This document shows, in pieces, positions 36,529 to 51,500 of a stretch of 64,000 nucleotides of DNA. The translations under genes and the position numbers were made by a program. The notes under the pieces are model-generated. The model did not search any database and was not told the DNA's origin. It saw only the letters and a list, made by a program, of their open reading frames with translations. How positions within the stretch are numbered: position 1 is the first letter of the stretch; each line of letters starts with the position of its first letter. This stretch comes from Lytechinus pictus (Eukaryota): contig NC_087263.1 in NCBI RefSeq assembly GCF_037042905.1, positions 14,510,001 to 14,574,000 of the forward strand, read 5' to 3'.

Positions 36529-39500
36529 TTATGGCCCCCCCTTAAGATCTAAGCCGTGGATTGCGCGATCACAACGAAAATTTGCATGATGGTAGAGAAT
36601 GACGTAATCTACGCAGTTGCATTGGTAAATTTCACTGAATTCATATATTTTTATTTTATATGAATTAATTATGCTAATTTATTCATGAAATCATACTTTT
36701 TGCTCTGATTCACTAAATAAAGCTCCTAGAATGCTATTTTTTGGTGAAAATATTCTTTATAGCATTCCTAACAATTGTGAATGAAAAAAATTCTGGTACC
36801 AAGACCGATTTCTTATGTATTTTATTGTTTTTTAAATTTCTTATGTATTTCTTTGTTTTTTTACTTTTTGTTTTTTATTGTTTTTTCAATGGAAATCGTT
36901 CCAGACTTAATTCTTATCATAAACAAGGCAAAATTAATTAAGTTTAATCATTAGAAGTAGAAATAATGATACATTTATGAATTTTGGCCAAATACACAAT
37001 TTGCATTGGATTTGTACATGAAATCACGTTTATGAGCAATTTTGGGTCTGACATGCACTTACATAATGTTGCGTAATGTCGTAACCGCGTACCCGGGCGT
37101 CACAAATTTGGTCTCAAAATTTGCGCGAGACTTGAAAGTAAAAAGTCAGTGAGCGGCGAGGTCAAAAAAATTTGCGCAGCAGATATATCATGAAAATTGT
37201 CGAGGGGGGGGGGGCCATAATGGCCCCCCCCCTCCCCGGAGAATTAGGGTTAAGTCTCGATGAAAAAATGTTGATCATTCTTGGCTACCACATTTGATTT
37301 TCAATCCTTAAAATGGCGATCAGAATAAGATACTGTGCATGTAACATAGAGATGCACCTCATTCCCACCTTAACCCCTTACAATGATAACCAAACTATTT
37401 TACCATAACTTATAAAACTATGTACAATTATTATTATTATATATCCTGCTATCATTATCCCTGTATAGGTGACATATCAATTTACTTCTTCAAGACACCT
37501 CACACTGATACACAGACTGTTTTCATTCTGGGATAGCATTGGAGATGCTGAAAGGGAGTATTCTTCTAGGTTCAATTTCAAGGATCATTGTTATCATCAT
37601 TATTATCATTATTACTTACTTAGAGACCTGAGGCGGCAGAGATTGAGGAAGCGGGGCCTTAGGTCGATCATCCCTCATACTGACGTACGGGTTCTCTCTG
37701 ACGGGGATCGGGGTCATCCTAATTAAGGTGTCATCAGGGAGCGGTGCTTTGTGCATTGTGTCTTGGAATCCCTGCGACGTGGGGTAGGCAGCATTCACCA
37801 GGGGAAGTCTCTGACGATTACCTTGCTCATACAAGGCGTTTCTCGGCTCACCGCAGCTGAAGAGAAACATATACAGTGAAACAATTACAAGCAAGGTTTC
37901 AGAACATATGATATCATAATAATAATGGAATACTGGTACATTAAAAAATCTTCCTTTTAGGCCGTCTTAGAAATATTTGTGTAAGGTAAATAATACATAT
38001 AGAAAATTGATTATAATATTACAAGGATATTAACTAAACAGAAGCAGGATAAAAGTCAACTCCATTATACCATAAGGGATAAACTTCATCTAAACTTTCA
38101 AAGCCAGACCATGATGGAAATGGCATCCAATTGATCAAATATCAATTGAACATATGTGGCAACAGAAAAGGGAGAAAAAATTCGCCCATACTCACATCTA
38201 CTCTTGTTTATCTATCATGTACCACTGACAGCAAACAAGAAGATTGCCACACACACACCCACACACTCACCACCAATCCTACACTCATTGTTGATAGTTA
38301 AAGCTAACCATAGAAAAGAAGTCCAACTCTGACATAGACTCCTTCCTCTATTATGCAGAAGGAAAATCTGTTGCCCAAGTGACAAACAGAAAGTCTTTCA
38401 TACACACACACACACGCACCCACATCAACATTTGATTGTTTAAGTGTTCATCATTAGTGGCATAATCCAGGAATCTATATACACCCACATTTGATTGTTG
38501 AGGGATTCATCATGAGTGACGTAACCAAAGCCTGGAACCAAATCACACCCACAAACACCTATGACTGTTAGGGGATTCATCAATATTGGCCTAACCTATG
38601 CCTGGAACCTAGGACACACTCGAACCCACACCCACATTTCATTGTTTGCGATTCATCATCAGTGCACATACCAAAGCTAGCAACCAAAACTCGTATCCAC
38701 ACCCACATTTAATTGTTTTGGGAATCATTATTAGTGGCCTAACCTAATCCTGGAACAGATCATAGAGTTACATGTATATACACCCATATTTAACTCTATG
38801 GAACAAATATACACTCACACCTGCAGTCACATTTTATTGTTTTGTTATTCATCCCTAGTTGCCTAAAGAAAGCTTGGAACCCATACACACACGCACTAAC
38901 ACTCACATTTCGTTTTAATAGGAGTTCATCACTAGTGTCCCAACCAAAGCTCAAAACCAATACACACTGATGCCCAAACCCACATTTCATGGTTTATAGA
39001 TTCGTCACTAGTAGCCCAACTTAAGCCTGGATCTCACTCTCACCAACACACTGAATACTTAATACACACTCTCACCAACACTTGATTTTATAGGGATTCA
39101 TCACTAGTGGCCCAACCACAGCTTGGAACCCATGCACACAAACACCCACACCCACATTTCATTGTTCAGTGGTCCAATACATCTTTAGGGGCCCAATCAG
39201 AGCTTGACACAAATTAAACTCGCACACCCACACCCACATCTGAATACTTAGGGTTTCATCAATAGTGGCCTAACTTATGCCTGGAACCTCGGACACACTA
39301 AAACCCACACCCACATTTCATTTTTTGGGATTCATCATTAGTGGACAAACCAAAGCTTGGAACCAATACACGCGCACACACACATTTGATTTCATAGGGA
39401 TTCATTACTAGTGGACCAACCACAGCTTTGAACCATACACACAAACATCCACAAACACATTTCATTGCTTAGGGATACATCTTTAGTGGCCCAATCAGAG

Positions 39501-42500
39501 CTTGAAACAATTTACACTCGTACACATACACCCACATATGAATGCTTCGGGATTCATCAATAGTGGACTTACTTATGCCTAGAACCTCGGACACACTCAA
39601 ACCCACACCCACATTTAATTGTTTTGGAAATCATCACTAGTGGCCCAACCACAGCTTAGAACCATACACACACACACCCACACCCATATTTCATTGTTTA
39701 GGGATACGTCTTTAGTGGCACAATCAAAGCTTGTAACAAATTACACTCGCACACACACCCACATCTGAATATTGAGGGTTTCATCAATAGTGGCCTAACT
39801 TATGCCTTGAACCTCGGACACACTCAAACCCACACCCACATTTCATTTTTTGGGATTCATCATTAGTGGACATACCAAAGCTTGCAACCAATACTCACAC
39901 TCACACCCACATTTAATTGCTTTGGGAATCATCACAAGTGGCCCAACCACAGCTTGGAACCATACACACAAACACCCACACCCACATTTCATTGCTTAGG
40001 GATACATCTTTAGTGGTCCAATCAAAGCTGCAAACAAATTACACTTGCACACACACCCACATCTGAATACTTAGGGATTCATCAATAGTGGCCAAACCAA
40101 AGGTTTGAACCAATACTCACTCACACCCACATCCACATTTAACTGTTATGGGAATCATCAATAGTGGCCTAGCCAAAGCTTGGAACCATACACACTCACA
40201 CCCACACCCACATTTAACTGTTATGGGAATCATCACTAGTGGCCTAGCCAAAGCTCGGAAGCCATACACACTCAAACCCACATTTGATTTTTCAGAGATC
40301 CATCACTAGAGGCCCTACCAAAGCTTTGAACACATACTCACACTCACACCCACATTTAATTGTTTTGGAAATCATCACTAGTGGCCCAACCACAGCTTAG
40401 AACCAATACACACACACACCCACACCCATATTTCATTGTTTAGGGATACGTCTTTAGTGGCACAATCAAAGCTTTAAACAAATTACACTCGCACACACAC
40501 ACCCACACCCACATCTGAATATGTTGGGAATCATCTATAGTGGCTTAACCTATGCCTGGAACCTCCAACACACTCAAACCCACACCCACATATCATTGTT
40601 TAGGGATTCATCACAAGTGGCCCAAACAAAACATGGAACCTGTACACACTCACACCCACATCCACATTCAATTGTTTTGGAAATCATCACTAGTGGCCCA
40701 ACTACAGCTTGGAACCATACACACAAACATCCACACCTCATTTCATTGTTTAGTGGCCCAATACATCTTTAGTGGCCCAATCAAAGCTTGACACAAATTC
40801 CACTCGCACACACACACATACCCACATCTGAATACTTAGGGATTCATCAATAGTGGACTAACTTATGCCTGGAACCTCAGACACACTCAAACCCACACGC
40901 ACATTTCATGTTTAGAGATTCATCATTAGCGGCCAAACCAAAGGTTTCGAACCAGTACTCACTCACACCCAACCCACATTTAACTGTTTTGGGAATCATC
41001 ACTTGTGGTCTAGCCAAAGCTTGGAACCAATACACACTCACACCCACATTTGGTTTTTAGAGATCCATCACTAGTGGCCCTACCAAAGCTTTGAACACAT
41101 ACATACTTACTCACACTCACAACCACACTCACATTTAATTGTTTTGGAAATCATCACTTGTGGACCAACCACAGTTTGAAACCATACACACAAACACCCA
41201 CAAACACATTTCATTGTTTAGGGATACGTCTTTAGTGGCACAATCAAAGCTTGTAACAAATTACACTCGCACACACACCCACATCTGAATATTGAGGGTT
41301 TCATCAATAGTGGCCTCACTTATGCCTTGAACCTCGGACACACTAAAACCCAAACCCACATTTGGTTTTAAGAGATCCATCACTAGTGGCCCTACCAAAG
41401 CTTTGAACACATACTTACTCACACTCACAACCACACCCACATTTAATTGTTTTGGGAATCATCACTAGTGGCCAAACCTAAGACTGGAACAATCATACAC
41501 TTACACCCACATTTAATTGTTTGGGTATTCATCCCTAGTTGTCTAATGAAAGCTTAGAACCCATACACACTCGCAGTTACACCCAGACCCACAATTCATT
41601 TTATAGGGAATCATCACTAGTGGACCAACCACAGTTTGGAACCATACAAACACCCACACCCACATTCCATTGTTTAGGGATACATCTTTAGTGGCCCAAT
41701 CAAAGCTTGAAACAAATTACACTCGCACAGACACACCCACACCCACATCTGAATATGTTGGGAATCATCTATAGTGGCTTAACCTATGCCTGGAACCTCC
41801 GACACACTCAAACCCCACACCCACATATCATTGTTTAGGGATTCATCACAAGTGGCCAAAACGAAACATGGAACCTGTACACACTCACACCCACATCCAC
41901 ATTTGATTGTTTTGGGAATCATGACTAGCTGCCTAACCAAAGCTTGGAACCCATTCATGTACACACTCACACCCACAGTCCCACATCAACACACATTACT
42001 TTGAATGAATAACTTACCATTGCCGAGCAATGAGGAGCATAACAAGCAAGAGAACAAGAGTGATGATGATGATGACAACAATAGCAGCCACAAACCAATC
42101 GATATCAAATCCTGGTCAATGAAAATGATAATAATTATGATAATGGGAATTTATATAGCGTCATCTGTCTAGAAATAATCTATTCCTTGGCCATTATCAT
42201 TACCCTGGCTTTAGCTCGATCTGTCAGTTTCAATGCTGTCCACTGAACCTGGGTTTAGTGCAGAACAATGTGGGAAAATTTACCGCTGAAGGATTTGACT
42301 CTAAATGCTTTGATTGAAAGAGGAAAGACGAGAGTGGGAACCATTAGACCGTTGTATTTATGGAGCTTTACTATGAGTTTCACATCCACAATCAGGTATA
42401 AGGCAAGTACATTGACATGGATGCGAATTATGATAAAACACATAGAGTATATGTCGTTACACCAAGTGGATATTAGACCAAATGGGTAGAACCTAACTGG

Positions 42501-45500
42501 AAATTAGGCAAAGTGGTAAATGGGCAAAATTGCAATTAGACCAAATGGTTAGTTGACAAACTGGTCGTAAATTTTAAATACCCAGCGTACCACTTACCTG
42601 AGTTATAGGCCGGTGACCAAGTAGTGTCAGTAAACTTTCCATCGGACCCATAGGCACGTATGGCAAACCTGTTGAATTTAGGGGGAAAACAGAAAATGAA
42701 TATGGAAAGCCTTGGAATGCAAAATGTATTTCCTATTCAAACAGTTCAGACAAATGTACTTGCATCACTGGAATATTGAGAGCTGCCATTTTGCAAATTG
42801 AACTGTTATTACAAGGATACCTGGCAACCCTGACAGCAAAGAAATAGAAACAAATTACTAAGAAATTTCCAGAAACAGGAGCACACTTGTTCAAAAAAGA
42901 ATTTTCTTTTCCATAATGGGAATATTCCCTTTTAACATGAACACATGGCAGGTATAATTGGAAACGTTTTTAATAACAATAAAGAAAGTGTGTGTACGTC
43001 TAGCTGTGCGTGCGTGAGTGTGCTTGCGTGTGAGTGACGTTTCCATTGTGCTCTTTATACAAATACCCTGTAAATAGTTTTTCTCATAGCTACAAGTATT
43101 CCATGTACAAGTGTAATATCATTTTGCAGGGTCTCGTGATTACAAGCCTTGCTTCTTTGGGGTCCCAAACCTGTCGTTTTCAGGTAATTATTATGTAACC
43201 ATTAAAATTCAATTCAATTAAAAAAGCATACCTGTAATCGCTGAGTGGAACCACTTGCCCATTGCAGTATCCCACTGAATCCGGGGTGCAGCTACTGTTA
43301 GAGCCAACAGTGAACGACGTCCTTGCGCTTCCGCCCGTGAAAGGATTGTAGGCAAGGGGTGTGGCCTGGTACGGCCTGCCTGAGCTGACTTGCCAGTTGA
43401 TGACTGGGTCACTTGGCGTAGCTGGTATGGTGTCTACGGGAGAGGTAATAGCATAATATCAACAAATTACTTGGAAACTAGTCAGAGATGGTATTAAATT
43501 AATGCCATTCTCAGGGAGACTTGATTTTGGGTCAGAATACATATTTTATAATACATGCATGCAAGAATCACCTTCATTGTGATGTCACTACTTTGAGATA
43601 ACTCAATACAAATCACAGTGTTTTTCTTTCAAAAAGAATCCAAAACCAAGCAAGTAAAAAGGACTACAAACTTAGATTTTGCGTGTATATTTTTCATGGT
43701 TTGCAGATGGGTTAAAAATTCCATTTTGAGGGCCCATTGTTGGCAATCAGCAGCTGTTTTTTTTTTCAAACATTGTCACAAATTTTCATTACTTCAAACA
43801 CAAATAAAGATATTAAAACCAATGATTAGACCAGTTCAAAGTTCAAATATAGAATATAGGATCATGAGGATTATCCATATCTACACAAACGACACAATAT
43901 CAGAAATCAAAATTTGATTTTTGATATTGTGATATTGTGTTTATGCAGAAGCTTCAAAATAGGAAAGAATAAGAAGCTGAGAAGACCTGATTCTAAATGC
44001 ATCTCCTAAGTTTAGTATGGTAAGAAGGTTATTTTAGCATCTATAAGTGTCACCTATACATGTACCGGAAGAAGTAAACCCACTGGCCCCTATGCCCAAC
44101 ATTACATGAGATAAGGCCTTCAGAAAATCTGTATCACACTAAAATAAAATCAGATTCAACTGGTTAACAGACTTACCCCTTGAGCTCTCTGCGACCAAGA
44201 TGGCGTATCTAGACACTGGACCGTACACATCGCTGAAGAAGCTACTATCAAAGGATACAGTCATGGTCTTCCCGCTCCTTGAGACAAGACGTACCACATT
44301 GTCTAAAGAAGGTGTTGGAGGTGCTGAAGGGGACAAGTGGAGAGATAAAATGTAGAATAAAAAAATGTTGGATCAGGGATGATGATCATAATAATATGAT
44401 ATGGCGAGTACAGTACGTTCAAAAGGTCTTCAATTGCTCCACTTTAACAAGAGTTGTATGATTCATCTTTTATAAGATAAGCTCACAGTCGGTTGGAAAA
44501 ATTCATGACTTCATAACTATTACTTTATGATGTTATGTGCCACATTGCATGATTTCATTTTTAATGATTTACTTTCAAAGCTTACCAAGAAACATAGATC
44601 TTCGCAATATGACAATATATTTTCTCAAGATTACATAAAAAAATTCTACAAGTCATTTCATATGATGTCATCAGTTATTCCAGGCAACTTTGCAAAAGTA
44701 TTTGCTCTTAATTCTGTTAGAGTTCAATCAGTAAGACATACTTTTTTTCATTTTGCCAGGCACAGTCTACTGCCTATGATACAACATATTGTAGATGCCT
44801 TAGTTGCTTAGATAGGCTATCGATTATGGTGCTCACAGACTTTTTTGGGGGAATTCCTTCATGGGATAATAATAATAATAATTGGCATTTATATAGCGCT
44901 TTATCAATCTACTACTGTTCAAAGCGCTTCACAATTATTATTACCCGGTCACTGGATTCATAGCATTTCAAGCAGCCTGTTAGGCGCACACTTGCTAAAC
45001 CAACCACAATGACGGTTGTTTCCTACTGGTACCCAATTAGCACCTGGGTGAGAGTGGCAAAGTGTGGATTGACGCCTTGCCAAAGGGCGCTAGACTATCT
45101 GAGAAGGAGACCAACATAAACTTTTTTTTTTGGAGGGCTATGTATAAATCTGCAACATTAGATAAGCTTTAACACTGCAGTGATTAAGGATTTTCCAGGG
45201 CTATTTCTATCATTTCAGGGGCTGGATCGCCCTAGCCCCAGTGTAATTTCTTCGCTGCTGTAAAGCGGCTAAACAAGCTGGCCAGACAAACCAATAATTA
45301 TGATAATAATAATTATAATAATAATGATAACAGCATATTTACTCAGGATAGTCACTTCACTTTTTGAAAACTGTTCTACCAGGGGGCCATGGTATTACTG
45401 AGCTTCCAGAATTGTACATGTATCTCCATTAATCAAGGATTGTTCAGTCAAAAGGGGTGGGGTATATTGATTGCTTGCTAGCATGTTTTTGCAACAGTAA

Positions 45501-48500
45501 GAATAAATTGATCAGCAGGTTTTAACTTGTTAGGTTTTGACTGTCTGCAATGCAGCCTTCTAATAAGATGCTGCTCTGTTTTGTATATCATCAACATGAT
45601 CTGTCAGTGTTTGCGTATGTGGGTCCCGGACAGTTGAGCAAAAGTCTACGGTCGATTTTACCAGTGTCTTGTAAGCGATGTCTTTGATCTTCTTGGCACA
45701 AAAAGATTTCTGCGTAAACAACCTAGAGATCAATAGCTTTTGCACATACTATGCTGACATGTGCATTCCAGTTCAGGTCATTTCAAATATCAACACCTAA
45801 ATATGCGTGAGACTCCGACTCTGGAAGAGGGGAATCATTAAGTGCGTACTGATATTTAACTGGATTTTTTAGAGTGGGTTATGTGCAGTACATGACAATT
45901 TTTAGCACTGAAATCCATCTGCCATTTTGTCTGCCAAACTGCAAGGTCATTCTGCACCTTGTGTGCATCTTCCATGCTAGACACTTGGTAATAGATTATG
46001 CAGTCATCGGCAAACAAACGGCAGGTGGAGTTCAAACCATCGCATAGGTCATTGATGTCAATGAGGAAGCTCACGGGTCCGGTGTCTGTATGCCCTGGAA
46101 CGCCATAGTCCCCCGGCGCCCATTACGACTGCTCTCCTTCAACGACCACCCTTTGTGTACGGTTAGTCAAGAAGTCTGTTATCCACCTTTGGGTTTTACC
46201 AAAAATACCATAGGACAGCAACTTCGACAGGAGCCTCTGATGTCAAAAGCTTTTGGAAGTCCATTACAATTAAATCAATCTGTATCTTATGGTCCACTTC
46301 CTTTGTTATATCCTGTATGATAGAGGTAAGCTGTGTTTCACAGGAGTGGTTCTTCCTGAAGCCGTGCTGGTGTTCATTCAGAATACTGCGGCTATCCAGA
46401 TAATGCTAGTATGGATAATGTGTTCCACTACTTTGCTGCAAACAGAAGGTTTTTTATCTGTAATTGGATGGGTCGGCTCGGTCTACTTTCTTGAATATAT
46501 GGGTGATATTAGCACGACGCCAGTCTTCTGGGATTTCACCTGTTGAGAGGGGTAATTGAAATATACTTCTAAGTGCAGGTGCTATTTCTTCAGCTATTTG
46601 CCGTGAGACCAATGGTGATATTTCATCCGGACATGTAGCTTTGTGTGGGTTAAGATACATTTATTTCAATATCCGGCATTGTAGGAAAGACAAACCAATC
46701 TCTAACTTACCTGTATGCGGGAGATCTAATGGTCCTGCAATCACGACATCACTATCATCAGCACCGTTCCTTGCTCTGATACTGAAGGTGTAGGTGCATC
46801 CTGTTGGAAGGTTTTCAATCAAGGCTGAAAAGACAGTAACTCCATAGGTCTCGGTACGACTAAATCCAGCCTAAAAGAAACAGAAAAGAAAGAATAATAG
46901 AAACAATGATAATGATAATAATAAAATAATAATAATGATAACATCATATTTACTCAGGATAGACACTACACTTCTGAAAACTGTTCTCCAAGAAAGCCCT
47001 GGTATTACTGAGCTTCCAGAATTGTACATGTATCTCCATTAATCAAGGATTGTTCAGTCAAAAGGGGTGGGGTATATTAATTGCTTGCTAGCATGTTTTT
47101 GCAACAGTAAGAATAAATTGATCAGCAGGATTTAACTTGTTGGGAGCTGATTGTCTGCAACGGGGCCTTCTTATAAGATGCTATTATTATTTATTACAAA
47201 TTTTTTATATAGTGTTCTTAAGCTTTTTCATGCTCCCTCTTTTATCTGCCTTTGCTTTTATGTAAGCACCCACTGGATAGGGTCAAATGGTCTTTATTGA
47301 CTACAGTAATTAAGTTAACTTTATTTGGCCCCGGCAGTCCAGTGGGTGCTCAATCTATACTCTGTAATGCTCATTATACCAATTTGATATGCTTTTCATT
47401 GCCGAAAATAAAATCATAATTATAATAACTAAAAAGTTGTCAAAATGATTAAATCGCATTTCAAAATCTTATTTTACCAAACTCAATGTGTTTATCCTAC
47501 CATCAACATTCTTTCTATCTTAAATGGATATGTAAAATAATGTTCCATTATGAATGTATCAATGATTTAAATGTTATTGTGTTCTGTTTGCTATTCATGT
47601 ACTTGTTCATTATCGATCTACATTGTGTCCAATCCGATCATAAGGATAAGATGTGTAATTTCTTTATTACTGCAATATATAATTGAAAAAGAAAATAAAT
47701 TGATTAATTAGTAAATAAATTAATTGGTTAATAAAAGTTTTCTCTGATCGTACCTCTCTCCTCTTCCGGACAGCAATGGCTTCCCCAGTAATATCCACAA
47801 TATATGCCGTCAGAAGACCATTCGGTGAGGCAGGTGGCGTCCAAGTAAGTAACACTGAGTTGGGCGAGTCTATTATAACAGCTGGGTCTCTCACTTCAGA
47901 CGATTCTATAAGAAAAATAAAGCACACAAATAATAATAATGCTATATAATATGAACATAATATCATCATCATCATCATATCAGCCATGTTCAGCCCACTG
48001 CAAGGCGAAGGCCTCCTCAAGTTGGTGCCAAAGGTGCTTGTCTTGTGCTGAAGCGATCCAATTTATGCCAATGAATTTTGTGAGCTCGTCACTCCATCTC
48101 AATTTTTGTCTACCCCAATTTCGTGATCCTAGCCATGGTCTCCATTCTGTGATGCGTTTGGTCCACCTATTATCATGTGATCTTGCAAGGTGGCCAGCCC
48201 ATCTCCATTTCGTTGATTTAATTGCTTTGATTTTGTCTATTACTCTAGTCTGGCTCCTAATCCATTGTATGGTTTTCCTGTCACGTTTTGATATCCAAAG
48301 CATTATACGTTCCATACTGTGTTGAGTGGTTTTTAATTTCTGTTCCATTTTCTTTGTTACAGACCAGGTTTCAGAACCATAGGTCATTGCCGGTATAACG
48401 CATTGATTAAATACTTTTCTCTTAAGGCAAATTGGCATATTGCTCTTCATAATGTCATTGAAATTCCCAAAAGCGATCCATCCAGCTCTTGTCCTCCTTT

Positions 48501-51500
48501 TAACTTCATCCAGTTCTTCATGATCCATTCAACATGATATATAAGGTACTTATAAAAGACATACATTGTGGGTAGCTAAGGATTCACAGATTCACTATTA
48601 CCTCTGGCATCGGATTTAATCAGTAAATGCACATTTCTGATGCAAATTTACAATTGAAATCTCAACTGAAACTAAAGCAAAGATTAAACACCAGTCTTTC
48701 AGACTGTGATGTCAATTGTTGATCCAATGATGCAAATAAAGAGTTGTTGTGACATCAGCAATACTGCAACATTACCGGTTGTAACAGTGCCTCTGTTAGT
48801 GCATTTTTTAATAGCACCAACAATATTTCTGTTCAGCAGGAACTGATTAAGAATTCATTTTGGGATCAACACTTGCAACACCTCAATATTTCTATAGGTT
48901 TTGGGGAGGAGGGTCACATATGGTCCCATGACCATACTGCAACATTACCGGTTGTAACAGTGCCTCTGTTAGTGCATTGTTTAATAGCACCAACAATATT
49001 TCTGTTCAGCAGGAACTGATTAAGAATTCATTTTGGGATCAACACTTGCAACATCTCACTATTTCTATAGGTTTTGGGGAGGAGGGTCACATATGGTCCC
49101 ATGACATGAATGTACATGTAAGCGATTAATTGTAACTTGATTTTCAAGATGAATTGTACAAACTAAAACATGTTTTACGATGATTGCTAAGCTTTGTGTT
49201 ACGGGCCCGTGATTGTATTTGAATAACTTTGTTATTCACTTACTCGCTTGGAACGTCGTTTGTTCAACTTCAATAGCGTCACTATCCAGGCCATTGAATT
49301 GCGCTGCTACTGTGATGACGTATTTGGTATACGGTCTGAGGTTCTCAACAGTGTATGTGGTTTCACTCGACGATACTGTGGCCTAATAAGAAGAATTTCA
49401 AGTATATAGTCAAAATGAAATTGATTTTAAAAACAAAATATTTTGAGTTCTTGACTTACACTTGTCTTGGTGAAGTGCGCTGTAAATCAACATATACATG
49501 TTTAGAATGAAATAATATCAAATCAACATACATGTATGGAAACCCCAACAAGTTTCAAATAAAAACAACACATAAGATTCAAATCAATTCAAATAAAAAT
49601 AGTGACATATCAAATCAAATGAACAAATCAAACCATATCAACATTCGAATAACAGCATCTGTTCTGCTCCAGCCTCATCTTTTACCAGGATATTACATAG
49701 AGATTTAATTTTCCTAGAAATCAAATCAACTCACCAACCAAATCAAATCAAAGCAAATAAACTATGGACTTACATCATCTACATCCGCTCCAGCCTCATC
49801 CTTGACCAGAATATGATACATAGAGACTGCATTGTCAGGTGCACCCCAAGAAACTGTGATGGAATCACTTGTTACTTCATCTTGGACCAAGTCTTGTGGC
49901 GGTGCAGATCCTATCAAACCAGAAATACCAATAGAAATGATTAAAAGCAATGGAAAATATACATTATATCATAAAACTCATAACAAGGACATCGAATTGA
50001 AATAAAACAATCAGAAGCCAACATCAATAACTCATAATAAAAAAAATAGAATCAATTAGACAAAATATTAATAAGGAGTTACACTGTTTGAGGAATGTAG
50101 GTAATTTCAAAATCACATAAAATCAATTTTAAAAAATAGACGTGTATTATGGAATGACCTGAAGACATGAAACACACTGACAAGGTACAGTGAAAAATAA
50201 ATGACAGCATATATAAAAAGTGAACAAGCAAGTCTTCAGCATAAATAATTTTGAAAATGTGGAAGCAATAAGAGTGTTATGAAAATAATTAAAGACTCAA
50301 AAAGAAAAGCATGCTTCAAGAACTATTGAAACTGTAATCAAAGAAAATAAGCAGTGTGATGAAAAGACCCCCCCAAAAAATAACAGATATATCAGCATCG
50401 GGTACATCAAAATTGAAACAAAACATTGAAAGAACTTGTAGTAGATACATGTAAAAGTAGACAAACACAATAAATAACTTGATTGAAATTCATGTATGTA
50501 AACCTTAGTGGTATGGTTAACCAAATGGCCAAATGGCCAAACATGTACGAGTGATTGTGTCTCTTTATGCTACAAAGAATTTATCTAGAGGAACTTACGA
50601 GTACTGACAAGAGATACAAGTGACCCGGCACTGGACTTCACAAGTCCAGTTTCTGTTCCTTCAACAAAGGTCGTAATAGTGATGGTATATCCTGTTGCAA
50701 CGGTCAAATTGGTCAAGACGAACGACCGTTCTTGTGTTTCCGTGGTCAAAATAATACCAGAAACACTGGAGAATGACACCTGGGATAAGAAATGTAAAAA
50801 TTGAGATATTAAGATGGCTGACAAGAGTTTTGAGCTCTGTAAGATGAAGCTTTACAACTGATGGTGGAGTGATTTTTATGATTGATTGTATTGGGTATTG
50901 TGTAGAACTCTGCCCTACAATCAAGAAGCCAGTTCGTAGTTCCACTCTGCGTATGATCAGAAGATTCTGCGCATGATCAGAGGAAGGTCATTTGTACTAA
51001 AGTGACATGGTGTTTTAAAATTTAATGAGATAAGCACCAACTTCGATGTCTTGATTATTCATATATTCTTTTGAATTGTGTTTTTCATTCACATCCACAA
51101 AAAACAAGGCGTCCACGAATGACTGGTATATTTCACAGTTTGCCAAGTACATTGTACAACATCCTCTAATATGCATTCAAAGTAGAAATGCAACAAATAC
51201 CTTCATAGAGTGTTCATTGATGTGCTATTCTAGTCACCTGGTCTATTCAATTTCTTCATCCCGCTATGTAAGGCATGCATACGTAATATCTTGCTTTGAA
51301 ATCTGCCTATCTTAATGAAAGAAATGAAAGGTCATCTGACCAAAATTGTCCACGAAGTAACTACGAACTGGTCTATTGTTAAGCTTTATGTTAAGAGGCC
51401 ATGGTCTGGATTATTACTGCACATTCATATACTATCACATTAAGATTTTCGAACGACTGGTGATCCTTTCTCAGGCGCTACATCAACATCAATGAAAACT

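Noticed and set aside
37523..37547. Alternative terminal exon (ctttcag|...ISNAIPE*) giving a PTP-less receptor
   Set aside because: Supported only by an acceptor-like motif 72 nt past the donor; such motifs arise by chance, and a good in-frame exon exists at 36225-36306.
38200..41990. CRISPR-like repeat/spacer appearance
   Set aside because: The 'spacers' are themselves repeated variants; no cas genes; eukaryotic intron.
47980..48528. Independent 182-aa host gene
   Set aside because: C-terminal piece of an RTE LINE ORF; 5'-truncated, lacks the RT core, has a microsatellite tail.
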